Shown: positions 38,940 to 52,246 of the stretch, in pieces
Numbering within the stretch: position 1 is the first letter of the stretch
Layout of the letters: each line of letters starts with the position of its first letter
The notes under the pieces: model-generated
What the model saw: the letters and a program-made list of their open reading frames with translations, nothing else
Told to the model about the DNA's origin: nothing
Database searches by the model: none
Assembly (NCBI RefSeq): GCF_009914755.1
Contig: NC_060933.1
Direction: 5' to 3' (one strand)
DNA from: the human T2T-CHM13v2.0 reference genome, Homo sapiens
DNA length: 64,000 nt
Program-made: the position numbers and the translations under genes

Positions 38940-39190
38940 ACTGAGAGGGAGGATGGAAAGAATAAAGGAAAGAAGGAGTATAGAAAGAAAGAAGGAAAAA
39001 AAAGAAAGGAAGGAAAGAAAGAAGGAAAAGAAAAAGGAAGGAAAAAAGAAAAATGGAAGGAAAAAGGAAAGAGGAAAGAGGAGGAGGAAAAGAAAAAGGC
39101 AGGAAAAAAGAAAAATGGAAGGAAAAAGGAAAGAGGAAAGAGGAGGAGGAAGAGAAGGAAGGAGATGGGGAAAGAGGGAGGGAAGAAAGT
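38940..39190 (+). repeat. GA-rich polypurine tract with internal 62-bp tandem duplication
   Basis: Units at ~39023-39084 and ~39085-39146 differ at about one base. Confidence 0.9.
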
Positions 39191-39512
39191 ATTGGACAGA
39201 AAAAAGTCACCGGATTTTGACATAAGCTGGATAAAACACTTGTCCAGGCCACAAACTCGTTCAAATTCTTAGATACCCTGACATCAGATTCTTTGGGTAA
39301 CACATTCCAATATTAACATATCAGAAAAAAAATACGTTCAATTTTACATTAATCAGTTGGCATTCTGGATTGAAAGATCGGACTCTGTTGCATCGAGTTA
39401 CTGGACTCAGTCCCTCTGGAGATACCAAACTGCCATGGCACACAAACCAACCTGGGGTTCAGGGGCTCCGAGTACAAGCAGCAGGATTTGAAACAAGCTG
39501 AGACCGTGCGCG

Positions 39513-39528
39513 TGCTGCCATCTAACGG
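39513..39528 (-). promoter_or_regulatory. CTCF-like motif (reverse) in a CpG-retaining patch
   Basis: Minus strand CCGTTAGATGGCAGCA; several nearby CpGs in otherwise CpG-poor DNA. Confidence 0.5.
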
Positions 39529-40296
39529 GCTCTGCTGTGTGCCCAGAGGCCGCCTTCACTCTCCTGGTTTTTCTACCTTGTGACTCCATATTTATATTTA
39601 CCTAAATAAATGTGTGAGTACAAGCTGTATAATTGGAGATGAGTAGGAATATTAGTTAAAACAATTTCCCACTTGCATTAACAATAACGAAAATGCAATC
39701 AAGAGCATTCGTAAAAGACAGCCTTAAATAACTGGTTTCATGTTGCAAGAGCTTTTTATGATTGAGGTTGCAATAAGTTATAAAATAGGGAAAACCTTAA
39801 CATTCTGCTTTAGCCTTTATTTTTTCAAAGAAAAATATTATTTCTTTGTATATACGTGAAAAATGTATACTAGTTTACTGTGGCGTAATTGCTATACCAT
39901 TGATGAAAAAATAGTTTTATGAGAGATGAGAAATTGGCTGAGTAATTTACTTCTTAGATCGAATATAAGTCCATATAAAATTCATTCAGCTTGTTATTTC
40001 ATTACACTTTGTCACTACTTCCCTCCCAATACCTTGTAAAAGAAAAAACCATGAAAAAAATTATGGACAAATTCTGTGTACCCAGGTATCAGGTGACAGT
40101 GGAAGACAAACTTCTTTTGAGGTAAACAGAATTACTTTTTCCCTTGCAAAGGCCATGGGATGGGTCCAATGTGATATGACGAACATCTATTCTTCTTGGG
40201 AAAACATTTATATTGTGAAGGTAAAATACAAATTACGTTCTGAGACAAATTTGTGGCTTTTTCTCAACTGACAGTAAAGACAATTAAGGTAATTTT

Positions 40297-40313
40297 CACC
40301 ACTAGATGGAGAT
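40297..40313 (+). promoter_or_regulatory. CTCF-like motif (forward)
   Basis: CACCACTAGATGGAGAT. Confidence 0.55.
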
Positions 40314-42444
40314 ATTGCCATTTATAGGAGAGAGTAATGTCTGGGTTGTGTATTTTTTTTTTTTTTTTTTTTTGCACTCAGAATCAGAGAGATTATATAT
40401 GTCCTCTGTGACCCACTGCGTGCATTTACTATCACCCACCCTCCCTTCCAACACACACATACACATAATAGTGAGCTAGTTTGAAAGACACAGAGCAAAA
40501 CTAAGACAACACGCCATCTCATGAGTTAATAATGGATTGGCCACAATGGAGCTACAAAATAAATTCAGAGTGAAATTTCCAGCTATGAGTCTGACATTGT
40601 AATTACGGGAGTTGAGTGCAGGTTTCTCTCGAAGCATCAAAGCATTTCACATGGCTAGGATAGAACCATAATCCGATCAGCTGCAACTGCCACAGCAACA
40701 GAAGGACCCTAAAAATAGGACCCCTATGGTAATCTGTCTGGGTTACTAAATTCAGTGACGGCTTGGCAACAAATCAGGGAAATGTTTGCGGAAAAGGATT
40801 TAAATATATCATGAAGTTCTATCTGCATTATGGAGAAATCCATAAGGCCCCCAATTCCAAGCTACTGCTTCAGGGCTGCTTCCAAACAACCCAGCTCATT
40901 TTGTCAAAACATCACCTTTCTGTCATGCCTTTTGCAATTTAATCATCTTAAATCCATTAGTGGGGGCAGGGGAAAAAAAGAGATTTCAAAGAAGGCCTAC
41001 CTACACCATTCTCTGGTACCTAAGTTTTACGCCACGGAGTCTTTATAAATATAATTTTAATTTATTAATGGTGATAGAGAAATTAATTGGGGACAATATG
41101 GATTCTTATAAAAATATTATTTAAATAGGTAAGGGTAAGATTTTTTTAACTATGCAAAGATGCCTGTGACATATTCATAGGTAAATAAACAGAAGGTAGC
41201 TAAATATCTGGGGTGTGTGCTCAGTTTTACTAACTAAAGAGAAAGATATTTTTGTTGACTATGGACTGATTCAGAATCTAGAATAAAGCAAAGATACAGG
41301 TACTCTGGTGTACATATTTCTCAGCATTTATGGTTAATTATTTTATGGGCTCTCATTGAAGTTTTCTAACATGTCAGGGAGTTGCACACAACTTCTCAGC
41401 CCTACATTCCCTTTTCAGGTCTAGAAAAGCTCCCCAAGGTTACCTTTGCCCAGGCCTCTCATATTCAGAATGTTTCTATTTTCTTTCCACAGTTGCCACA
41501 GATCACACTCTCCCCATTTCCTCAGGATCCTATCTTTTTCTCTCCCAAGATGCTGCAGCTTTCCTATCCCCTCATTCTGGATACCCCCAAAACAATCCTA
41601 TAGAACAATCTTTTTTGAGTCTTTCACTGAAAAGCACTTAAAAGGATTCAGGAAGTTAATAAATAGCAAATATAGGAAAGCTACAGAACGTGCAGGCAAG
41701 ATTTCTCTTCTAAATCCTCTATCTGCCCCTAGAGTTTCTTGTATTCAAAGTCTATAACCCTGAAAAATCTTAATCTTTCTTTTAATTGCTATACTATTTC
41801 CTAAGACATCAAGTTGTGTATGCCAATGTTAATTTCACATGGGATGATATTCTTTGCAAATTGATAAAATACCTGGAACTTTGAACTCTGACTCAAGTTA
41901 GCACTCCTTTTGTTTTTAATACATGTATCTATTTTGAGTCTTATTATTTTTTGTGGGGTATTTTGGGGAGAGGTGGGAGATTTCCTTTACTAATCAGAGT
42001 CAGATGTTCTGCAACTATTATTACTTTTGCTTTAGCAAGCTCATCTACTTTCAGAATCTTCTCAATACTGGAAATTTTGATACCAACCAATAAAAGCAGA
42101 CTCATCATCCATACGAAATTATGCATGTGTGAAATAGGATAATGAAAGATTGTCAAGAAGCACAAATTATAACCAACGTGTAGCAAATTTTCATAACCCC
42201 GTGATTTTAATATATAAGCAAGATATCTATAGCCTTTGACATCATTGTGCATAATATTAAAGAAAACTGATAACTTTGTACAGCCTAAAAAATGTACCTT
42301 GCCTTTTGTTGGTGTATGTTGATCAGAAAATGAAAACTATGCATTTTAGTGTGTTTTCTCTTTCCCCTTTACTGTGAAAATGCTTAGATTCAGAATCACT
42401 GACCAATTGAACTACTGTGCTCTTTTTGATACCTGGGAATATCT

Positions 42445-42930
42445 AAATATTCTGCTGCATTCATAACAGAAAGCATGCCACCCAAAACTTAGTGGCTTAA
42501 AAGGTTCATTTTTAGTTCACAATTCTGTGGTTTGGAAATTTGGCAATATTCAGTCAGCAGTTCCTCCCCTTGTCTGACCTTGATTCCCTCATGCAGCTGC
42601 AATCAGCTAGTAGGACAATTGGGGCTGTGGTCCCAGATGGCTTCACTTACATGTCTAATGGTTGGCTGAGATGATAAGAAATATCAAGCCATGTGTCTAC
42701 AAACACCTAGTAGACAAGCCTTGTCAAGTGGCAGCTGGGTTTCAAAATCAACAAGAAAAGGCAAACCCCAATGTGAAAACCTTTTTCAAGTCTTTGCTTA
42801 TGTCATATTTGCTAATGTCCCATTGGCCAAAGTAAATCACAAAACCAGCCTGGAATCAATGGGTAGGGTAATAGAGTATTCTTCCTCTTGAATGGGAAGA
42901 GCTACAAGGGATTGCAACCTATCATCTCTG
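42445..42930 (-). mobile_element. Old MLT1 (G/H-like) LTR
   Basis: ccacccaaaacttagtggcttaaa...tttgctaatgtcccattggccaaag...cctcttgaatgggaagagctacaa. Confidence 0.7.
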
Positions 42931-42999
42931 CCTTATTATTATTTTAATTTTGTTTTACTTTTTTCTTACATTTATTTCAACTTCTTTTTTTTTGGGTCA

Positions 43000-43440
43000 C
43001 TGTGACACACATAACTAGGAAGTACATAACATATATTTACAGATTAATTCATAGTTATAAAGTGAATGCCTGCAGTAACACCACCCAGATGAAGAAGTAA
43101 TCAGGTTAATAATAATCCTGTTATAACCCCATCCCTTCCATGCAAAGGAATCTATCATCTTGACTTTTATAGTAAGCCATTCTTTGTTTTTCTGTATGGT
43201 TTTACTATGTATATAAGCAATACATTTTTGTTTCACCTGTTATTGTATCTTTTTTGAATGGAGTAATACTATATGTATCATTTTGTGTCTTACTTCATTT
43301 ATCCAATATGATTAATCATGTTGCATACAGCTATGGCTCTTTCACCTTTTCTAAAATATAATTTTTATACACATTATATTTCTGATAAACATGTAGGTTG
43401 CTTTAGTATTTTTATTATTATGAACTATGTTGCTACAAGT
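43000..43440 (-). mobile_element. L1ME-type 3' fragment
   Basis: ctatcatcttgacttttatagtaa...atggagtaatactatatgtatcattttgtgtct. Confidence 0.6.
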
Positions 43441-43690
43441 TTATAAAACCTTGCTGAGAGATATTTTAAAACTTCAGTAAATGGAGCAATACATCATGTT
43501 CATCACTGAAAGACTTATTTTAAAAATGTCAATTCTTTCAGATCATTCATAAATTCAATACAATCTCAGGAGTACTTCTCATTCCCTCATCCCCCAGACT
43601 TGCCTAAACACACCTGCCAAATTAATCTGCCTAAAATACTGTCTTTCTCTTGTTATTCTCTGCTGAAAACCTATAGTGACTTCCTAGTCT

Positions 43691-43898
43691 CTAGAGCTCT
43701 GCTATTTAATACTGATACTACTAGCGTCATGTGGCTACTTAAATTTAAATTTTAATTAATTAAAATTAAATGAAATTAAAATTCACTTTCTCACTTGTAC
43801 TACTCATTCAAGCGTTCCATAGCTGTGTGTGTCTACAATGTTGAACAGTTCAGATATAAAGCCTTTCCCGTATCACAGAAAGTTCTACTGGGCAGCAT
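43691..43898. mobile_element. MER3 (hAT-Charlie) DNA transposon
   Basis: catgtggctacttaaatttaaattttaattaattaaaattaaa...atcacagaaagttctactgggcagc. Confidence 0.78.
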
Positions 43899-46800
43899 AA
43901 CGTGCCAGAGAATAACGTCAATTTCAACATGGCAATCAAGAAGTTCACAGTCTAGAATGTAATGCTTAGGCCAATCTATTCAAAATCCCTCTAAAAGACT
44001 GTGAACTGCGATCATTCCTGCCTATACATACTTGTACCTAACAATTTAGATATACTTCTCTTGTTTGAATATCATTTTGAAATCTATTTGGCCAACTCTT
44101 ATTCTAATTATTCTCTTATTAATGTTAAACTTCTTTTCTAAACAAGAATGATAATTATCTTCAGCACAATTTTTGTAACTATATCCATGTATACTAGTAT
44201 TTATTATTGACTCTTGTTTGTGGATGTTTCATGTTGAACATAAGTTTCTTGATGAGAGGACTATCATCATTACTTCTATGCACTCCCTCAATATTATCAA
44301 CTGCTGGGCTGTTGTCCACTGATAATAACCAGTTCTAGTAGATGACAACATTATATTTCCTCAGTAATGTTACCCAACCACTGTTGACCTTTTTCTCTAA
44401 TGAAAATATCTCTCTCAGCAATAATACAGTTCTATATCTTCCTTGCTACCACCATCTTCATTCTTATGTAACGACCTGTATGCACGAGAGCTTCCATTCA
44501 ATATCAAGGCCCTTGGAAGATCTCTGTCCAGCACTTCAACAACATCTCAAAAGGTACACTTTCACCTTCCTCCCTGTAAATTCTTGCATTGCACCACTGA
44601 CTGTGACAGCAGTGGTGGTCAAAACTGTCTACTGACTATGTCATGCCTAATTACTTATGTATTGTTGCTAGAGTTGAATAATACAAATTATTAATGGGTA
44701 GTACGCCCTTCATACCTAATTTCCCAAGTTAAATTTATATCTGTTGTTATTGGCCACATGTCATAGGCTGATACATGCCATATGTAATATTTTCAGAAAG
44801 CTTTGTTAAATATTGGTTTAAAAAGAACTGCTAGACTCAGTACATTTCTCAACAACTGAAGTGCCCATGTCACTGGCAATTTTACCAGAGTTGACATTTA
44901 TGTAGCCTGACTCTCCTTTCCCATTCTAGTACAGAATGCCAATGACTACACTTAAATGCTCAAAATACACTCTTCAGACTCTCTGCAATTTAGTAAAAGA
45001 CCCATTTTGTTGGCTTGCTGTTTATTTTAATATGATTTATACTAGGACATTTAATTGTTGATGATTCTGTGACACTGATGAGAAAAAAAATGGAAATGTG
45101 AGCTATTTGTCTGTTAGCTATTGTTCTATCTCTGCACCAAACAAAAACAAAAACAAAAAGTCACTAGACTAAGTTATTTTAGAGATGAAATCAGGATAGC
45201 CCATTCCAGTTGAAGTTTGGCTCCCAAATATTCGTAAGACTAAGCAAATCATTTCACCTCTTGTTTCTTTGGTGTTGGCCTGGATGCTGTGTAACATCCT
45301 CTGAAATTCAAACTAAAATGGAAGAGACACCAAAGTAGAGGGAATTTGTGTTTTTAAAAATATATAACAAAAATAATTCACATTTTTTTGTATGAGTTTG
45401 AAAATTACTTTTGTAGAATTAGTTGTAAGTTATCCTGAATCAGTCTGGTATCAGTATTTACTATCCATGCCTGTCAAGGGAAATTTTTCATTGCACACCT
45501 TAAATGCTCTGCTTTCTTTGACTTGGCACTGTTGTGTTCTAAATTTTAAAAATTATCTTGCTTTTTAACACAAATGTCCTAGAAAGGGCAGACATCAGGC
45601 CCTTATTCTTGGCATTTGCCAGCCGTCTGGTCTCTTAGTTTGATTAGTAGAATGGTGTTATGAGAGGTGCTGTCTTAACTCCCTCGCATCTCTATCCTAC
45701 CATGAATCGATTCATAGACACTTGATCATAACTACAACTGCAACAGATTTTGTTGTTGTTGTTGTCTCTGAGGTCATGATTTTTATATCTTAAAACAAAA
45801 ATATATTTAGATTTATTCCTTAGAAGGCAAAGAGATGATTTTAGTTGTTATTTTGTTTTGTTTTATTTCCAGAAGGACCATTTATCTGTGATCACCATGT
45901 TGATCTTTTTTTTTCAGAGGAAGTTCTACTTTTCACTCTTTATGATATTCTTATAGGCCTAGATAGCAGGAACAAAATTACACAAGAGGTATTTATTTCT
46001 TCTGTGCTAAATATTAACATAGGGTAGCAGTATCTGTGTGTAGAAAATTACCAATGCTTCTTTTATCTGGTTAATACAGGTAAAATAGAAATATTATCAG
46101 AATTGAATGTGTAGTGTTTATTGCAATGAAACATTTGTATTAGGTTTGCTATGTAAGTGTCTATAAACTTTTAGACTCTTAGCTCTCTAGTTACAGAAGC
46201 CTATGGCTGGATTTTACCATATAAACAAGTTTGTTGGGATTGTCTTCAATTGGTTTATGTAAATTGTACTTTGAAATATTCCCTTAAAACAATCGATACA
46301 CTACAAATTGTGACTCATTCTTATTTACATTCTTATTTAGTAAAGTAGTTTCTCTAATGACTGCTTCTAGCAACATTTTATTAGCCTAGTGTGAGGTACT
46401 GAACATACTAAGGAGAGAAAAAGATAGCTTTGACTTCAACATATTAATTTAGACTACTTCCCTTTTAGTTCAAAATAGGGGAATTTGCTAAAGCTCTTAC
46501 TTATTTTCCCCTGCCTCAACACAATTGAAATCCCCAAAATTATACAAACACATAAAACTCTAAGCTTCTTTCCTTTTAAAGATACTGCCAGAAGATACTA
46601 CAACATAGAAAATGTGTAGTGTTTGTGAGTTTGGTATATTGAGCCTAACAAATGGGTGAATGGGAAGGTTATTTTATTGCTACTTTTTAAAAGGTTGTTA
46701 CAAATAATGAAAGAAAAAATTAAAACATTATTTTCTGAATTGATTCTCATCCTTTTGTCTTTGGCAATGATGCGTAGAAGTAGAATATATTGTAATTCAA

Positions 46801-48253
46801 CTTCATTCATAAATTCCCTGTCTTTTATCAGTGGCTGGCTTTGAAAACTGTCAGGGACGTAGGTACCACATATGGCTTTGTACAGGAGTTTAAAATCTTC
46901 TTGCTTATGTCTGTGTGTGTATGTGTGTATGTATATTTGTGTGTGAGTAAATATGTGCACAGGCGTAGATAACTTATTTTTCTTGCTGTCTGAAGTTGAA
47001 TAAAATGGGGGAACAATGATGATTTTCTTGTTGTCCATGTCACTTATTTAGAGAGGGCTTCCATGGCAATGTGGTAACCATAACCATATAAGCACAGTAT
47101 GTCCTTATCCATTCAAGAAACTCCTAGTAGAGTTTTAAATTTTCTCTCCTCCAGCTCTTACTCCCCAGGGCACAAACTGTGGTTTATATCTGACCAACAG
47201 AATATTAAGCTGTTCAGGGAAAATATGACATTTCTTTCAAGCTAACAGTGGCAGCCACTTTGCCCCCTTCTACCTGGTTCCTAGCATGAGATGTCTTTAA
47301 ATTATAATCATTAGCTGTAATCACGGCCACATTATTAATGGTCTTACAACACTATGTGCAACAGTATAATTATTTTCCCTCTGTTCCCTTCACAAGACCT
47401 ACCATAGACCTTTGGTAAAATATAGCTAAATTGGAAATAATTCCTAGTTGTTTTAAAGTAATTCTTATTTTATTTTTGTTGTTGATGGTAGGCAAATAGT
47501 TATGAGTTCATTATATCCTTCTATATATATCTCCACATCTGTGGTGTCTATCTGTCTAGTTATTTAACTGAATCACATATGAAGAACCAGGGCTAATCTG
47601 GCAAGCGACTCACTTTAATACATACGGACATAGATAGCACTTTACTGATTCCTGATTGCTGAAGAGGACTTTCCCTAGACACCTTTATTATTAATGAGTG
47701 AAGATGAGTTAGAAAAAAAGGGAAGATTTTCATGTCATTTCTTTCATAAATCAATCTCCCTTACTAATAAGTTTGATGCTATCATCCCACCACACGTGGA
47801 ACACCAATTTTAAGCTGTTTTCTTAGCAGTGATAATGGATATGAGCTAATTCTTTCATGTTGTCTTTTCCATGTGTCTTCCCAAAGTGAGACTTTTAATC
47901 TTGGTCTCAAATACTTTATGCTAAACAAATGGACCAAATAGCCCCTACTCTCACTGCAGAGATGACAAGGGAGAACTGCCCTAACATATAACTTCTGACC
48001 CGTACCCACTGCTCATGCTGTATTCTAACAATGCTGTATAAAGAGAGAGAAGGGCATAGGAAAAAAGTGAAAATGGTTATGGGGACAGGGAGGTTGCTAA
48101 TTTATTTGAGTAATCAGAAACTACTTATTGAGAGTTTTTAAGCATTTACTGTATATCATCAGTCACCAGTTCATAAGTCTTTCTCTTCTGAAGACTATGA
48201 GTTTTTAAAAACAGGGAGTGTATACCTTCTTTATATTTATTTATATTGGGATT

Positions 48254-48354
48254 CTCAGCTCCAAACACAGTATATTTTGGGCTCAGCACGAAACTGAGCT
48301 CAGCACCAAACACAGTATAGATACTGTGGGCTCAGCACCAAACTCAGTATATAC
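48254..48354 (+). repeat. Degenerate 4-unit minisatellite (ctcagcaccaaac...)
   Basis: Units start at 48254, 48282, 48299 and 48331. Confidence 0.85.
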
Positions 48355-48548
48355 AACATGGGGGCTTGGGGCATGTCACCTGAATGAATTGTATTGTGAT
48401 TGGGCACTAAAAGAACACAATGATTAGCTACATGCCTATCATATAAACGGCACTGTGATTAGCATCAAGGATAAAAAGCAAGGGAAAAAAGTGAAAAAGA
48501 AAATATTGCTAGAACATGGTGTATGGTTGATGAATCATTAATTCATTT

Positions 48549-48813
48549 GTCTTAGTTTGATTTCTTCCAGGTGAAAACCCTGAAACAGGGGTTCAAGTAC
48601 ATTCATGTATTGATTAGGAGGTGACTCCCAGAAACACTACAAGGGAAGGAGGAAAGTTATACAGAAAAGGCAACACAGTCAATAAAATGGTACACTCTCA
48701 AGCAAGTGTTCACTGTAGGTAACTGGAGATTAATCCCAATGGAGACCTCTGGAAGACAAACTAGAACAAACACCTCAGAGTTATGTCCCCACATAGGCAA
48801 GGGAGCTGGAGTA
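48549..48813 (-). mobile_element. LTR16-family ERVL LTR, left part (continues ~50442-50570)
   Basis: tgtcttagtttg...aaccctgaaacagggg...agggagctggagtattt; resumes with gggggatgtgaattccctggcattt after the inserts. Confidence 0.65.
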
Positions 48814-50060
48814 TTTGCATTGTTGGAATTGCTGTTTGATACAGGAATACATTCTTAAATAAATGTGCTTCTGTTATACATCATTTTAATGCACATTTCT
48901 CGCTTTATGTTATCTTGCTAATGACTTATTACTTGCTATTTACTTTATATTTATTTTAGACTATGGAAATAATGTTAGACAAAAAGCAAATTCAAGCAAT
49001 TTTCTTATTTAAGTTCAAAATGGGGCATAAAGCAGCGGAAACAGTCAACATCAACAGTGCATTTGGCCCAGGAACTGCTAACAAACATACGCACAGTGGT
49101 GGCTCAAGATTTGCAGAGGACAGGAGAAACTTGCAGAGGAGCATAGTGGCCACCATTGGAAGTTGATAATGATCAGTTGAGAGCAATCATTGAAGCTGAT
49201 CCTCTTACAACTACTTGAGAAGTTGCTGAAGAACTCAACATTGGTCATTTGGCATTTGATGCAAATTAGAAAGGTGAAAAACCTCAATAAGTGGGTGCCT
49301 CATAAGCTGAGCGAAGATTAAAAAAAATCATTTTGAAGCGTCGTCTTCCTTTGTTTTACACAACAATGAACCATTTCTAGATCAAATTGCCACATGCAAG
49401 GAAAAGTGGATTGTATGTGACAATTGGCAACAACCTGCTCAGTGGTTGGACTGAGAAGAAGCTCCAAAACACTTCCCAAAGCCAAACTTGCACCAATTAA
49501 AAAAAAAAAAAAAAAAAAGGTCATGGTCATTGTTTGGTGGTCTGCTGCTAGTCTGATCCACTACAACTTTCTGAATCCCGGCAAAACCATTAAATCTGAG
49601 AAGTATGCTCAGCAAATCGATGAGCTGCACAAAACCTGCAACGCCTGCAGCCGGCGTTGGTCAACAGAAAGGGCCCGAGTCTTCTCCATGACAACACCAG
49701 GCCACACATCGCACAACCAACACTTCAAAAGTAGAACGAATTGGGCTATCAGGTTTTGCCTTATCTGCCATATTCACCTGACCTCTTGCCAACCGACTAT
49801 CACTTCTTTAAGCATCTCAACATCTTTTTGAAGGGAAAATACTTCCACAACCAGCAGGATGCAGAAAATGCTTTCCAGAGCTCATCAAATCCCGAAGCAC
49901 GGATTTTTACACTACAGGAATAAACAAAGTTATTTCTCCTTGGCAAAAATGTGTTGATTGTAATGGTTCCTATATGATTAATAAAGATGTGTTTGAGCCT
50001 AGTTATAATAATTTAAAATTCACAGTCCAAAGCTGCAATAACATTTGCACTAACCTAATA
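48814..50060 (+). mobile_element. Hsmar1 mariner DNA transposon, near full length, inactivated transposase (ATG 48963)
   Basis: MEIMLDKKQIQAIFLFKFKMG, WVPH(K)L, HDNTRPH and YSPDLLPTDY motifs in broken frames; 3' TIR gcaataacatttgcactaacctaa+TA present, 5' TIR absent. Confidence 0.95.
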
Positions 50061-50063
50061 TAT

Positions 50064-50441
50064 TGTTTTAGTCTGTTCAAGCTGCTATAAGAAAATGCCA
50101 TGAAGTGAGTGGCCTATCAACCACAGAAAATTATTTCTCATAGTTTTGGAGGCTGAAAAGTCCAAGATCAAGGTGCCAGTATATTTGGTGAGTAAGTGAA
50201 GGTCTCCTTTCTGGTTCATCGACGGACCTCTTTTCACTGTAACATAACATGGCAGAAGGGGCAAGGTTAAAAAAATCTTGGGATTTTTTTTTAATATGGC
50301 ATTAATCCCATTAATTTCCATAATGACAAAGTCCTCATTAGGTAATCACTTCCCAAAGGCCCCTCCTCCTAATATTATCACCTTGGGGGTTAGGATTTCA
50401 ACATATGAATCCTAGGGGAACACAACATTCTGGCCATGGTG
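50064..50441 (-). mobile_element. MLT1A0-like solo LTR
   Basis: tgttttagtctgttcaagctgctataag...gttaggatttcaacatatgaat. Confidence 0.85.
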
Positions 50442-51259
50442 TACATAACTCTTATTAATTGGAAGTACTCCCGGGGGATGTGAATTCCCTGGCATTTCTC
50501 ACCTGCTTGCAGGTGAGAAACATGGGCCCTTGAAGCCAAGGATAGTTCTCAAAGGAATGCCAGCATGGAAGCTGGAAGTAAGATTGACTTACAATCTCCC
50601 ACGGAAAGGACATCATGTGAAAGAAAGAAAATATGTTTTATTCATATTTGTGTGTACTATTATATTTTTAAACGGTTACTAAATTGTTAGAAAATAAATA
50701 CTTTTTCAGTGTTTCATTTAACCACTTAATAAATGAAACTGTAAGCTATTAATTTGGTGTAGGTATCATAGAAATATTATTAAACATTAAGTGTGCTATG
50801 AACCAAGAAAGTTCTAATCTAAACCATATGCCTCTTTTTTATGTGTTTGTCCTTGTAGAGAACCTTCTCCATGAGTAATGTCTATGCATTGCATAAGTCT
50901 ATAAGAGCAGACTTTCCTTCTGCAGTTTAAAGTTATTTGAATTTCAGAAGCAGGAGAAATCTCACATGACTATGCACACCCTGAATTTCTGTATATGATG
51001 AATACATATCATATGTTGATGTGCTTTATATTTCTGGTAACAGTATATAATTTTTATGAAAAATGTGACCAAAATTATCCTCATATTCTCTTTGGCCCCT
51101 TGATTTTAGAAGAGGTTTCCAATTCTTTCCTCGGTATCTTTGCTCATATTGAACAAGAAAGTAGCTCTGGGTTAAAAACCTTGCTGTTTGTACATTGTCT
51201 ATTAAATAGCTTATAGACAACTATCTAGCCAGCAATGACAAATGTGTAGGTCATTGTGA

Positions 51260-51565
<306 letters not shown>

Positions 51566-51680
51566 TGTTTTTAGTCTCATTCATTACTTTGATCTATGAT
51601 TGAGTTGTGTCTGGCTTTATTTGCCACCTTTTAAATTTTATACACTTTATGTGTTATTGTAAGTCATTTAGAAAACTTTG

Positions 51681-52012
51681 GGCCAGGCGCGGTAGCTCCA
51701 CGCCTGTAATTCCAGCACTTTGGGAGGCCAAGCAGGGCAGATCACCTGAGGTCAGGAGTTTGAGACAAGCCTGGCCAACATGGCAAAACCCCGTCTCTAC
51801 TAAAAATGCAAAAATTAGCCAGTTGTGGTGGTGGGTGCCTGTAATCCCTGCTCCTTGGGAGGCTGAGACACAGAATTGCTTGAACCCTGGAGACAGAGGT
51901 TGCAATGAGCTGAGATCATGCCACTGTGCTCTAGCCTGGGCAATGGAGTGAGACTCCATCCACCTCAAAAAAAAAAAAAAACAAAAAACAACAACAACAA
52001 CAACAAAAACAA
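51681..52012 (+). mobile_element. AluS element
   Basis: Full dimer with A15/(CAA)n tail. Confidence 0.95.
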
Positions 52013-52246
52013 CTTGTGGAATAGGTAAAGAATACATTAAAATGCACAGAGATGAATGATTACTAAGCCAAAAAATGAATATATAACAAGCTAATAAAAT
52101 ATATATCATAATCATAATACAGGCACAACACAATAAAAGATATTACATACAGAGCAAATGTGGCTTTTATGCGTGTATCCACTTTATCCTAACAGCACTC
52201 TGGTGATGCAGGTTCTATTATTTTTCCGTGTGCATCACATTCATCC

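Noticed and set aside
38840-39303. 113-129 aa K/R/E-rich or F/S/L-rich ORFs
   Set aside because: Translation of the GA-rich low-complexity tract.
46598-47038. 146-aa minus-strand ORF
   Set aside because: No recognisable domain, includes (CA/TG)-repeat translation, no supporting gene structure.
48254-48354. CRISPR-like repeat/spacer look
   Set aside because: Eukaryotic DNA, irregular unit lengths, related rather than unique spacers, no cas genes.
48963-49983. SETMAR gene or active transposase
   Set aside because: No SET-domain exons, multiple frameshifts and stops, first catalytic Asp lost, 5' TIR absent.
51607-52133. 114-159 aa ORFs (also 10114..10518 and 33058..33465)
   Set aside because: Alu-derived translations.
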